A stretch of DNA of 64,000 nucleotides from Tubiluchus corallicola (lineage: Eukaryota > Animalia > Priapulida), in contig JAQGDQ010000588.1 in NCBI GenBank assembly GCA_030141605.1, positions 1 through 64,000 of the forward strand, written 5' to 3'. A program made the position numbers and the translations under genes. Every line of letters begins with the position of its first letter. The stretch's first letter is position 1. Below, piece after piece: positions 38,239-51,984 of the stretch. Below the pieces are notes generated by a model. That model was not told the DNA's origin. It searched no databases and saw only the letters and a program-made list of their open reading frames with translations.

Positions 38239-39687
38239 CTGTTGTCAGGAGCCGAGTAACCCACTAGCCCAAGTAGGACAATTGGCGTACTTGGGCTAGC
38301 CCAAGTAGGACGCGGCGTACATGGGCTGCCCAAGTAGGACACTAGAGACAGGTCGCGAATTGAGCCGTTAAGTGTACTGACACCGTCCGTTGTCCTTGTT
38401 TATGTAATAAATAATAATAATTAAAAACGTTAGTACACGTTGAATAATTTATTATACATCTGATAAAATAAAAGAATTTTATTCTGAGCTAGTAGAACGA
38501 ACAATATTAAATTTGGTTTCGATATTAATGTTGTTGAAGTGAAAAAACCCACTTTTTTAGCGTGTTCAACATTTGTTTAAGGTATATCATTTTTGATTTT
38601 GTCTCGCTTCACGAACAGGTGATCCGTTTCACTACCTCTTGGGCAAATAATTGCTTTCTTATAAGTAAACGTTCTAGCGATCTATGTCCTACATAGGCTA
38701 GCGAGCCATGTAGGACAGTGTCTTACATGTTACAATACTACCGATAATATTAAAACTAATTAACTTTGCTTTTCCTAAATGTTAAAAATTACTTTTTGGT
38801 GTTGTGAAGGCTTAGCAGCATCTGTCTCATTTTTAGATTTGCAATTATTTCTGTAATAACTGTGTGCAGTTTCTCTCTTTAAAGCATTAGATCCTTTCTC
38901 ACCATCCTCCTGGTAGATTTTCATCTGTCAGCTGGCGAACACTTGATATTGTGTTCGCCATGAGTTACTTGAGCAAAAAGTACTTCAGTGACTTGCTAGG
39001 TCTATCCTGAAGGATTTGGTCCACAGCTCCTTATTTGAATATTCGGAGCACCCTGGCTCGTGAGCCAGGGGTCCCCCATCCGCCACCCGGGGGATGCGCC
39101 CGGTAGAGGTTTACTCCCCCCCCCCCCGAGAAAGCATTAGATAGTAGGTTTAATGTTATGATGATATTAATGGAGCTAATCATAATCATGAAATTATTGT
39201 AAAAAATGCGTTTGTAAATTGCCAAGGAATATCCATTTCTAAAAGAGGCTACAACAGGCTGCATAACACGACTTCAATGTTTGACATTTTCCTGTAGTAT
39301 TGTTTCATTTCACCTCTATTATAACCATACTGATGAACAACGCTAGAGTGCTAAATGAGCTGCTTTGTTACCAAACAAACTCTCGTTCAGTGGACGAGTT
39401 ACAAAAGTCACCGCAAAACAATACCTGCGTACTGCAGTCTGAGTTAAACACCTGGTCAAGCAAGTTTTCATGACGCCAAACTGACGACAACTCAACCAAC
39501 AAGCACAATTTTTAATAAAATGAAGAAACTTTCACAGAATTTTTAAAAATTTGATAAAATTACCGATTCTCGACAAAAATCGCTAGTGTCCTACTTGGGC
39601 AGCCCAAGTAGGACACTACTCTTAGCACATGGGTTTTACCGGAAGTGTCCTACTTGGGCTAGTGGGTTACTCGGCTCCCTACAACTG
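38239..39687. mobile_element. Non-autonomous Tc1/mariner (pogo-like) DNA transposon
   Basis: About 42-bp TIRs C(T/A)GTTGT..GGAGCCGAGTAACCCACTAGCCCAAGTAGGACA, TA on both flanks, subterminal GCCCAAGTAGGAC repeats. Confidence 0.85.
38893..39130 (-). mobile_element. Short structured retro-insertion (SINE-like; resembles RTE-clade 5' UTR) nested in the pogo-like element
   Basis: 12-bp direct repeat AAAGCATTAGAT at 38881-38892 and 39131-39142. The GC-rich GGCGCATCCCCCGGGTGGCGGATGGGGG motif recalls RTE 5' ends. Several hairpins. Confidence 0.55.
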
Positions 39688-40999
39688 TATCACTTTGAAA
39701 GTTTGACTGTATAGTGTAATGTGCATCAAAATCCACGGTATTAGGGTATGTAATGTATAGATAAGGTCGCAGAATTATGTTTTGACGTTAAACGTTGGAA
39801 TACATATTGCAGTCCCGCTTCAGAAATTCAAATTCGGGACCTGCAATTAATTTTTAGTAAGACACGTTTATAATTTTCAGGATGTAATCAACATGGGCAA
39901 AAAGCCTACATGAACTATAGGCTTGGCCCTGTCGGTCTACGCCTACGGTAATAAGTCAAACTAAGATTTTTAAGCAGTGTGGGGAAAAGGAATGAGCTTA
40001 TGGTCTTCTACTCCCTTCCGCTATATAAAGTGAAATACTTAGTTTTAATCGGAGATTGTAGGCTGCAGTAAAGTTATTTTACTAAATTGTTAGGACAATA
40101 TATGTGTGCTTGCACCGCAAAACGTCTGGAAGTTGGCATGTAAGCTTTTTAGTTATTCACATATCCTGAATCTCTATTTCATAAGGATCATTTTGACGCC
40201 AAGTTCATCACTGTATGTTATTTCTAAGCAGAGATAAGCCATGTGGCTGTACACTGAAAAACAATCTTGCCAGAATAGCTGTTACAGCTTGCCATTGTTT
40301 TTGTCACGCTTCCACAAAAACACTTAGCAACCGTATGATTGAGCGGTTGCTATGGACTGTGCAAGAACACTTTGAAGTCATGTTTAAATCCTGTAGGGCT
40401 CTTCCAAACGAAGACCCAAACAGAAAAAATTGCAAGCAAAATGATAGCTTCTATGGGCTAGTATCAGAGTTTGAAAATACAGGTTTTTGACAAACGCCTC
40501 ACTAGTTCTTAAGCAGAGAAATGGGTAAGGAATTCTAAAATGAAATTTTTATTATTTTCTAAACAATTTCCTGATGTTTTGGTTCAAGAACATAAAGGTC
40601 CAATATATTTAGCATTTGTTTTTGTAAAAAACAAAAAATGATGTTTGATGCATTGTACTTTGAGGCATGATAATGCAGTTTTGACTATGCTGACTTGTGG
40701 ACGGTTTTTGGTTTGCAAGCGCACGTATATTATATAATAATTATGGTGTTATTTTTTAAATTGTAGTTTTTTCACTGTTGCTGCATTATTTAAAATTTAG
40801 AATAATATGGATGTCTATATAAAGTACATGTAATAAAGTAATTAGAATAGTTTTGTAAAACAGGGAACTTGTGAGTTGTCTTAAATGAAGAGAGAAAAAT
40901 ATTACATTTATACACATGTACTATTTTAAAATGCAAAAAACAACAATTTTGCCTGGAGTAAGGCAAAATCATACCTAGGTCAGGAATAATCAAACTTCA

Positions 41000-41930
41000 G
41001 TAATTCATCTCCTGGTCCTGACAGTTATTATCCTTATTCATTACAGCAACTAGCTTATGAGAACTTGTGGAACCACGAACCTTTGTCTTTCACAAATCCT
41101 AGCTCTGATATTGTTCCTCCAGAATGGCTTGACATTAACATTACCCCAATATACAAAGGCAAAAGTTTACAGCCCTTACCGAAATCCTGTCATCCCATTA
41201 GTTTAACCTCGGTTATTTCTAAGATTTTTGTACGGATTCTGAGGCAGCGCATGTTACATTTTCTTTTGACCAATAATTTCGTATCACTAAATCAGTGCGG
41301 GTTTCTGTCTGAGCGGTCAACTGTAACGCAACTTTTGCAATGTGTAAATATGTGCTTGAAATCTATCGACATGGGTCATCCTCTTGATTGTGTGTATCTC
41401 GACTATGCACTTGACTCTGTCTCTCACATCAAGTTAATCTATAATCATCTTGGTTTTGATGTTCATACTGTTCAGTGGCTTTCTGGGTTTTTGTCGAGCA
41501 AAGACAGCGAGTTATACTTAATGGCATATCGTCTACCTGCACTGGTGTAATGAGTGGAGTTCCCCAGGGAACGATCTTGGGAACCATTATTTTCCTGCTA
41601 TATATAACTGACTCCACTAGTGCCGTATCAAATAGTAATCTCTACAAGTATACTGATGACGCCAAAGTGTTATCCTATGACGCTGACCTATTACAAGCGA
41701 ATATCTCGTTATTAGCTTTGTGTGCATCAGACTGGCAGTTAGCCCTCAACACTGAGAAATGTAAAGTCATTCACTTTGGTTTTGACAATCTTAATTGTTA
41801 GTACAATGTTAATGATGTGCAACTGAATTCCTCTGACTGTGAATGTGACCTGGGAAGTGTTCATAGCATCAAATTTAAAATTTGCAGCTCATTGTAACAG
41901 TATTGCCAAGAATATTTGGCATATCATGCA
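41000..41930 (+). mobile_element. Degenerate CR1/Jockey-like LINE reverse transcriptase fragment
   Basis: HPISLTSVISKIF, QCGFL, RSTVTQLL, GVPQGTILG, YTDDAK and KCKVIHFG across frameshifted ORFs. Confidence 0.88.
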
Positions 41931-42914
41931 TAACTTTTGGTCTTTTCATGTTTTGCATATTGTATAAATAATTAAACATTGTTAATGAAAGCTAGTCAAA
42001 ACAATGCATTAGGGCTTAGAACAATAGTGTATTATGAGAAAATGCTGAGTAAATTTGGTCGCTCTGAGATAATATGAGTCGCCTAAGGAAGACATAGTGA
42101 AATTTAATTAAAATGCAAAATTCTTTAATGGCATTGGGTACAAATTTGTTGCATGGGTGGTTCGTATGGGCTATATCAATTCTATTTCAATATTTGTTTT
42201 GTTAATTTCTTGCAGTGCTTGCTGTTTTTCTTATATTTGCTGTGAGTGTAATGTGCTTTTCCACCATCAAAATTAAAAGTTTGACGTGTCTATAAAGTAA
42301 AAAAAGCAGCGACTTTTTTAGACAATCAATTGCAGTAAATGGAGATTCTGTAGCCCTGAAACTGGTTTGCACTCTGATGCAAAGAGCTGGCGAGCATTAT
42401 GTATATTCTCCGATAACCACCTGCCACTTGCAAGTGTGATAATTTGTTCTGTTCAAAAGCATTCGCTAGGACATTTTATTAGCATTGACTAGAGCTAATA
42501 GAAGACTTTTGTTGTACATATTCATATTGTGTTTTAATTTGCTATACAATGTTGTTTTTGCTTTTTTAGGAATACTCGATCCGACGTTTTTATTAATGTA
42601 AGCATGGTTAGAGGTATTAGGCCCCAACTGTTATAGCCCAGTTGACGTTGTGAGAACACATGGCTCATTCTTATACTCGAGAGGACAGTTCAGGTAAAAA
42701 TGAAACTGTGAAATTATTCATTAATAAATTTTTCTGTTTACCGTACTTGTTTACAGTAATTGGAAACGTTATTTTCAGATAAACCAAAATAGTAATGATT
42801 TTTTTATTGCGATTGCCACGCAATATTGAACAGATCGAATTGGATCCAAAAAATTCATATTGAAAAACATTAACGCTGAAGTTCGTAGTTAATACTTTAA
42901 TTTTCTTTCCAGGC

Positions 42915-45900
42915 ATGTCTTACATTGAAGGAGTTCCCATGAAGATAGGTGACCTATTTTTGCTCCCTCCAAAAGTAGGTTTGAATACATATTTTGTAAC
43001 GCTATCTAGTTGGTAGCGGCTCAGACGGCATATTTCCCATAGGTTGAATATAATTGATCTAGTGTAGCTGACAGCATTACCCACTAATGGGTAACATTAC
43101 TAATGGGATGGATTACTCACTGCATTAGTGACATAGTGATGTTATAGTTTTGAAACAAATTTATGTAAAAACACAGCCTTTTTTCTGCTATTCATTTAGA
43201 TAATGTAGCTTTGCTGGCATTTATTGCCACTTCAGGTTTTTCAGCTGTAGCATTCCTGTCTGACAAAAAATACTTTAGCAGCTTAGTATAATTTTTGAAT
43301 CCAGGCTGTATAAACTGTGAAAATGGCTGATTGGTACCAAAAAATTGTGAAATATATGGATTTTGCTGCTTGAATTAGAATGTAAGGAAAATTATGCAGT
43401 AAGATCTTTTCCTTTCTGCTGACCTGCATTCTATACCATTGTACTTAAATTCAGTCACCATAGCAAATCATATATTTATACTATGAGGACTTTTATTATG
43501 GTTTGACTGCTTTGTCATATTCTATTGTTTTAAGTTACTTGGTAGAGCTTACTGGATTAAATTAGTTCTGTGTCTTATGACTAAGTGTGCTTTCAGTTAA
43601 GTTTTATAAACGTTTTGACAAAAATTGTGATTTTCATTTCATTTTTAGGTGACATTGCCCATAAAATACCAGCAGTGGAATCCGAGTGAAATTCTAAATG
43701 TTACAGCTGATGTAAGTCCTTGGTATTTTCATCTTTTTTGTAAAGTTGTTATCTACATTTGCTATTTCTAAGCTGAAGAACATTTAAATAGGGTCTAATG
43801 TAGACTGCGTTTTTTTAATTATCTCACCTTTGCAAATCAGGTACCTTTTATTCACATATTTTACTTTTGGCTGTTTTACTACGAGAATGAATGATTTTAA
43901 ACTTTCTTATGGGAATTTTGTTTCATCAGCCATTCCTAACAAATCAGTCATGTGTTAAATTTATTAATTCCAAATATTTGCCTCCCTCAAATTTTTGCTT
44001 TTCTTTTTGCTTGCAGTGAATTGCATAATAATAGAATGCTTGAAACTGAAAAGAGTAGAGGTAGTTTTAAAATGCGAGGAAAACAGTTTAATGAAATGGC
44101 TGTAAGCGTGAATTAGAACACGTTTGTGTGTTACTGACGGCAAATTATAAGTTTTTGATTGATACCTCTGCGGCAGTCGCAGTATAAGCAGATGGGTCAC
44201 TGGTCAGAAAATGTGACGCAAAAAGTGGTCACATGGGGCTAGGCCATGTGAATTTCCGCACTTTTTAACATAAGTGGCTTCTATTAGTACGTGCGAAACT
44301 GACCTACAGGAACAAGAAGTATCCATACTTCAAAACCATCGATATTGTTTGTATCTATTGCATGTGTACTAGAAACCAAGGTGGCTCTGCTTGATAGTTA
44401 TAGCCTTAATAACGTCTGTTTTTCAAGGACCCAACCTTCTTTTTTATTTAAACTCTAATTGTAATCACTTTGCAACCTTATACTTATTAATATATTTCCT
44501 TAAAACCTGAAACAGAAAGACTGACTCTATAGGATATCGAAATCGGGCAGTCAGTTCACAGTCAGTTAAAAAAACCAATTGTTTTGTAATGTATGTCTTT
44601 TAAACCCAAACTCAATTTAATAAGCAATTTGATTAAGCAGGGTCGAATTAATAAGCAATCAGTTTATATACCGTAGGCAGAAAAACACAAATGTGGTTTT
44701 TGATGGGCACCACCAATTGATGTGGGAGAGAAAGAGAGAGAGAGGGGAGCGAGTAAGTGGCTTGGTATGAGACATAAAGTAAGAGACAAAGATTGAGTGG
44801 AAGAGAGAGGAGAATGATAATACAAACAATAAAAAGGCACTAGCAGTTATGCATCACAAATGACATTTAAAAAAATTGCATCCGTGGGACTGCAAGGGTT
44901 CACAGGTTTTTAAAAATAGGCCATAACAGGATTGTTATGCCAGCCTTGCAATTTTAAATTTCAACTGTATGTAAATTTCTTCAGACTGCCCTGATGCCAT
45001 AATTTAGTTATACACATTGTACATTTACTCACAATTCTGATGATGTGGTAGAGACTCTGTTCGAGAAGGAGGCACGGAGGGATTTTTGTGTGTTATCATC
45101 GAGAGTTTCTTTTATGGAAATAATTCTTAAGAAATATATATTGCCATTTCTAGCATTATTTTAGGCCATAAATCATTTTGATGTAAGTATTTGCAGGTCT
45201 GGTTTTATTTTTCTTTCAGTATGATTTTTCTCTCGAAGAGAAAGTAGTAGCTTGGGCAGAAGCTCAGAGAAATGCTAAACAGGCTTTAGCACAAGCTCAA
45301 GCCAATCAGGTTGTAATTTTACTTTTTTGTACCAATCTCTAAATTATCAGTTTTACATTTTTAAAGACAGGATTTTTAATTTTTTTCTTTGTATTACTTA
45401 TTTGATTTCATTTTTACATTTTCTTCCTTTTGATGCGTTCTTGTGTCCTTAGCTTTTTGTGTGCTCATGAGTGTTGCACTTCTTAGGTTAGTGAATGTGT
45501 TAACGTTACAGAAATCCCCAAAAAATTTGCATTTAGTGATGGTTTTTTTATCTTCAAATGAAGTTAGCCTACACTGGGGGACTGAAATGTCATGTCTTGC
45601 TTTACTGTGAGAATTTTATTAATAATTTTATTGCATTTATTGTTTTTTTATCACTAAGAAATGTTTTTGTGTTGTTAAAGACGTTGGTTTGCCCTAAAAT
45701 TAATAAGGCCCATGAAAATTTTATTTTAATTAAAAAAGTTGCACTTCTGTTTTGTTCTAAGTAAATATTAGGTAATCATCTCAGTATGTTGTACATGACT
45801 GTTATACCTGTCACAGTCATATCAGTCTGTCACTATATTGCTTAACACTGGAAAAAATTAATTAGCTGCAATTACTAAATGTTTTAACTTTAAACAGAAA

Positions 45901-48900
45901 CTGCCTAAAATTTTAGCATTTTGTAACTAAGTATTAACAAGTAATAGTGGAGTGCTGGGATGAGTGTTTTATTATAGATGGTTAGTGCAATCTATTTGTG
46001 GCTCTCAAAAACACAATAAGCATAAAATAGTCACAACATTGTTTTTCTCTTTATTTGGGGATTCTATGAAGTAACAATGAGAATTTGATCTTTACAGTGA
46101 TATCTAGTGTGCATTAGAAGCTTTTTATAATATCTTCACTGTCCTTAGTTGCAACAATTGTTTATTCACACTATTATTGCATTATGTAAAATTTTTCTGT
46201 GGCGTATAAATTATTACAAAAGTTTAGTGTGCAATATTTAGTAAACATGATGTCCTTTTCTAATCACAATATTTGATATGCCCAAAAACTTAACTGTGTT
46301 ATGGCCATTAGTGCTATAATGCTGTTATTCACTGTAATGTAGCCTGCTGATAAATTTGCTAACTTTATAACGTACTGTCGAACTAATGGTTGCTGAACTG
46401 TGACTGAAATGCTACACATTTTAAAGCATTTCCTAATTGCAATTTTGTTGCATAGTATAGTGATTTTCATGGTACTGGTTGTTTGTGTTCTTCTAAGCTA
46501 TGATTTTTTGCATGCAGGCAATTAAAAGTTCCTCTGCATCTGATGGAGAAGATAGTTTAGGTGCTAGTGATGACAGTGAACAAGCAGGCTCGTCGACTGT
46601 GGAAGGGTCAGCTGGTACTGGTGATGCTATGGAAACTGGTGATACTGACATTAACACAGTAGATTCAAATGTGTCTCCATCTGAGTTGCCATCCAGTCCT
46701 CGCATGCGCATGAATGCAGGTTTGTTACAACCTGTTCCGGCGAAACCCATGCAAAAAATAACTGATGATTCAACCAAGCACACATTGATAAATCTAGCAG
46801 ATTTCGAGAACAACACTGATCCTTTTGACAGCGCAGAATTGAAAACCATAAATGACATAGAGGAATTAAAAAATGTTTTACAAGGACCTGCTCCAGCCAC
46901 GCATTTACCATCTGTGACGGGGTATAGTGCTCATACTCAGGTGCTTTCAGGTTCTTTTGACGCTTGCTATGGACCACATCCTGTATCAGGTTTCACTGCT
47001 GGACAAGTGTTGCCACCAATTTCTAGTGACGACTCACTGAGTAATCAACCAATAAATACTTCAGATGTTCAAAGTGCGTATTATAAAACTTTGGTAAATG
47101 GTAGCAGACCATCTACTTCTGTCATACCTTGTAGTTACCAAACTTTTCCATCTTCATCTAGTATGGTTTCAGCAATTTCAAGTTCTAGTGCTAGTGGACC
47201 AAGTAGCTTGCAGACTACTTATCAGTTTATGCCATCGGACACAGCAGTAGGAACGTCACAGTACTCTCAGTACTTTCTACAAGGTTGGGGACATGACCCA
47301 CCAAATAGGAGATTTGCACGTGGTTCTTTCGGGTAATTACTTATTTACTGAAAAAAGTCAATTACATTCTTCCCGAAAAAGTTTCTAATTCTGATAATGA
47401 AAGACATGCTATAGTTTTCAGCTATTAATGTTGCTGGAAACAACATAAGTATATATGTGTTTAACAATTATCATAAAAATCTTTTAGTGCAGATTTATAT
47501 ACATGTATTTAGCAAATTCTTGTTTCAGCATCGGATGTTTGGTGCTTTTTAAAGGTTTTTACCAATTTTAGTGTACTTATTTTGCTTCTTGGGCAATATC
47601 TGTGTCTGTATGTGATACAAGTGTAGAAATTACACTTTCCTAATGATTGGGATTCTCTGCTTAATAACAAATGAGTTAAGCAGTGTGTCCAATAACGTAC
47701 TCCTTTAACCAGTAAGTTTTTGCATGGTCTTTTTGGATATCTTAGAAATGCAAGCAAAGTATGCATAAAGTAGGCTTTAAGTAGTAATTATTTAATAGGT
47801 TTAGTAAGTAAATTTACCTCAAAATAAATGCTGCTACTTGTGAAAATCTATTGTTGATCCTTGTACATTTTATATCAGTAATCAATGCAAAAAGCTAGGT
47901 CATATGGTTAATATAACCAATCCAGTTGTAACTGTTAATGCAACACACAATTAAGAACTAGTTTGCCTCATGCTTTGTGTAAGCCTCAATTTTTTCTGCT
48001 GCACTTTTGAATTTACTCATGTGTATGTGTTATCCCAAACTGGAACTGACAGCATAAATTATACTTCACAATGTCCTTCTAGTGAACTGATTTGCAATAA
48101 AAATGAAAAAGACTGCCATCTAGCTGTCTGTAATTAAACGAGAAAGCATGACTACATTGTATTTTTTGTTCTAGTTCTGCAAAAGACTTGCCATTGTTGC
48201 GACCTATTGTTTCAAGTAAGAGCACACCCGATATATCTCAGGAAAATGGTGACATTACACCTGTGGAACAAATCCGTTCAAAATCTAGGTCACCCCCTCC
48301 TCGTCCTTCTAGTGTTGGTTCTGTGAAGTTACAGGTAAGTGCTGTGATTGATTATGTTGTATGGAAACTTGGTTTACTAGTCAAAATGTTGTTTTTTTAG
48401 TTATTCGAACTCATCAGCTCTTCATCAGAATAATTGAAAAATAATTTATATTGGCATTTCTGCCTGTCTATAAGTAATACATGCAGATGATATGATGGGT
48501 ATTGACTAAGTGGTTATTTAATTTGTTTTGATCTATAAATCTTGAAAATAATTATTTAATTAGTGTTTCGCTAATACTGTCTGCAACAAACAAAGTTAGA
48601 TAGTGTGTTCTTTCGTTTGGGTTGTTTTTTATAAAAGAACATTATTACTTATACTTTTAGGCCTGGAATCCATATGATCCATTACCCCCGACTCCGCACA
48701 TGCTTACCAGTCAACAGTCGTACTCCAGGTAACCTACTTTACCTTAATTAACTTACCATATCTTTCTTGCTGATTCAGACGTCATAAATTTTTATGTATA
48801 ATTCACCACGAACAAGGTCAGGGCCTGGTATGGACGCAAATCCAGAAATATAGAATTTGTGTAACAGTTGCTAGTGATAGTAGTTAATATTCTTCTTGAA

Positions 48901-51900
48901 GCTGGTGAAGTTGAAGTTAACAGGAAAGCTGACTTAAGTTGACTGACTAAAATTCCATAAATTTATAAGCCTGATGGACACCCAAGGATGGCCATGGTAA
49001 AATATGAGTAATTGAGTGTAATATAAATGTGTGTTGAGTAGACTGTTGGCACTTAGGAGCCTGCTTTCTCATAAATAGTTGTACTAATTGGTAAATTAAC
49101 ATTCTTTATGTAGTAATATATTCATATTTAAATATTTAATTCTATACTTCTATAAAAGCAATATCGTAACTTAGTATTTAGTAAGTTATTATTGAGAATA
49201 TAGGCTTTGTCAATGTGGGTGAAAGAAAAAGTAGAAAGACTTAAGGTCTAGGTCTCTAGGATATATGCAAAGTGGTCAGTTGATGGAAAACTTGAAGACT
49301 GGAAACACCTATCGCTGGCAAGTACCTTTATAAGCAAGACAGAATTAAAAACAGTACAAAGCAGAATCTTGTTTATTTTCATTTTTTCCTAATGATCAAT
49401 TGATCTGACACTACAGCAAGAATAACTGCTGTATGTATATGCATTATTATATGTACGCACGCACAAACACACACGTATAAATCCTGTTAGTTTCATAAAA
49501 TTATGTTCTTTTGAATAAGATGCTATCATTGTGATGATGTTACCTTGTGCGAAATGTTTTTTTGTAGAATATGTTTTTTGATGTGTTATTTACAAAGTTT
49601 CTGTTTTGCAGACATTCAGCAGCTGGCGAGATGCATGAACCAAATCCTTTTGCACAGTTGAGTAGCAATGCACAATGTTTAGTAGACAGGCTGACTGATA
49701 TGGGTTTTTCAAGAGCTCTTACTGCAAGAGCCGTGCAAAAGATTGGTACTGATGATAAAAAGGTGAAAGCACTTAGTTACTTCATTATGATGCTAGGGTA
49801 TTACAATTGCTACATGTTGGTGTCAAGTGTCAACTCAAGCATTTTAGTATAACTTCAGAATTGGGAAATTAGTTTTTCAAAAATTGATAATCGCTGTAAT
49901 TAGTTTTATGCGCTGTGTGAGTAGTAAACGTTATAATCACTGAAATGTGCAAACAATACCCTGTGATTACCAACTGTGTGAAAATTAATGATGATATGAG
50001 AACTGAACTATATCAGTTGTTACAACACCAATTTTAATACAACAGAAGGAAAAATACAACACAGTAATGATAACTAAAAATATAACACAGCAATGATAAC
50101 TGATTCTGAAAAGAATGTGGTTACTTTTAATCACCAGTAGTCAAAAAAGAAGGTAACTTAGAAAGATTCATCTGACAAATAAAACCTGTTTCAGTTTGTA
50201 ATAAAACGTGGTAAAAAAATTATCAAAAACTGTCTGTACGGTACTCCTATGGCATCCAAATTCTAAACGTCCTAAAGTAAAATTTATGCCCTCTTTTTTA
50301 GTTATCTGTGGCCTTCTATGAAAAATATTCCACGTGCATATCTCATCCCTTTGCTGCAGTGATGTCAGAACAATGCTGAGTCGTGTCTGCAAAGCAGCTG
50401 CCACCTGAAGTTATGAATTGAAACTCGAGAACCTATAGCTAAGATTGCATTAAAATACTTGGGTAAATGCTCACACAACTAAATAAATCAAGTGGATGCC
50501 TTCTATATGCTTTTACTATTATCATTCATTACATATCGTAGCAGAATACCTTTTACAAAGCAAATAACTACAACCTAGAGGTGACGTAACATAATTCAAA
50601 ATAGTTTAACAACAATATTTGGTAACATTTTACAAATTTTTCATAAAATCTCATAAGCCTACAGTGTAGAGATGCCACAAACAAGCACATATCAATAATA
50701 AAATGCAAAAATCTAGTATGTGTCATTGGGCAAGTGCCAAAACCGTCTAATTGCAATAATAAACTTGTGCTTGACCTTCACAATCCAGATGAATTTAGTT
50801 TTCATAAACAACAACCACTAAAACTACAACAGGATGTAGGAAGTACAGACTTTTTCAATTGAGGAGGATTTGTGAATGAATTTGAGATCACATGATTAAC
50901 TTTACATATAAAATCAATTTCTTTTTGATATTTATATTGCCCCCCCCCCCAATTTTGAGTTAACAATGTGGATTAAATGATTAGTTTTCATTAGCTATGT
51001 TAATGGCGTACCATCAGGTATTATAGGATAAGTTACATCAATCACATATTTAGAAAACAAAATGCGATCACTTTGTACTTAATGTCTGCAGTTTGGGTAA
51101 CATTGAAGAGGGTTGGTGATAAGATAGTTCCTTGCAGTGTACCTAGCAAACAGAACATTTCTAGCAAGGATGGTTTGAAATAACTGTAAAAAGTCAAATT
51201 GAATTATCGGATAAAGGAGGCAACAGATAAGTGACAAATAGATAAGCGAGGACATTCTATAATTACAACTGCCATTTTAGCTATTACGTGTCTTTTCAGG
51301 TTGTTGATCATTTGTGTCAAGTAAATGTGATGGTTGAAAAAGGAATTTCTAGCATGGATGCTGAGGAAGGGTTACATCTTTTTGACCAAAATACTAGTAA
51401 GGTAAGATTTGCACATCAGTAACCGCAGAGGCACCCTAAATTGTGCCTATAGAGTTAGATGTCTCCATGTCTGTTGTACTAAATATCTTTCTTTATAGTT
51501 TAACAGTTTATTAATATCATTGTACCAATATACTAGCTTATCAGAAAAATGAAGATTAGCAAAATGATTGCTGTTGATCACATTATTAACTCTTGCTATA
51601 CGTGATTTATACCACATCAAGCTTTTGCAGGACATAATATGATGTTTTACTATACATGCTTCAATGAATTTCTCAAAAGTTTTTGTCCATGTAAAAAATG
51701 CAACACTAGTAATTTACTAGTAAATTAGTTGTTTAATTCCACATCTGAATTACATTCACTTGCTATTTTGCTGCTTATTATTTAATTTTTAAATACAACA
51801 GTAAAACATTCAGTTTGAATTCATTTTTATAGGAATGATGTGTTTATATTTCATGTAGGCAATGGAATACGTGAAATTGAAGAAGCAGTTCTTGGACCTT

Positions 51901-51984
51901 GGCTTTGAAGAATCGTCCATTAGACAAGCATTAGTCGACTCATCCTTAAACAGAGATAAGGCTCTGGATAGCTTATGCGCCTAA
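42915..51984 (+). CDS. UBAP1: Ubiquitin-associated protein 1 (ESCRT-I subunit), about 544 aa; exons 42915-42974, 43649-43711, 45220-45309, 46518-47332, 48175-48334, 48661-48728, 49612-49762, 51300-51401, 51859-51984
   Basis: N-terminal UMA domain MSYIEGVPMKIGD..LPPK|VTLP...|YDFSLEEKVVAW. Central INLADFENNTDPFDSAELKTINDIEELKNVLQ motif. C-terminal SOUBA/UBA repeats (LTDMGFSR, LDLGFEESSIRQAL, RDKALDSL). All junctions are GT-AG and phase-consistent. A short upstream coding exon cannot be excluded. Confidence 0.93.

Noticed and set aside
46493-46977. Minus-strand 135-aa and 108-aa ORFs
   Set aside because: Antisense shadows of UBAP1 exon 4.
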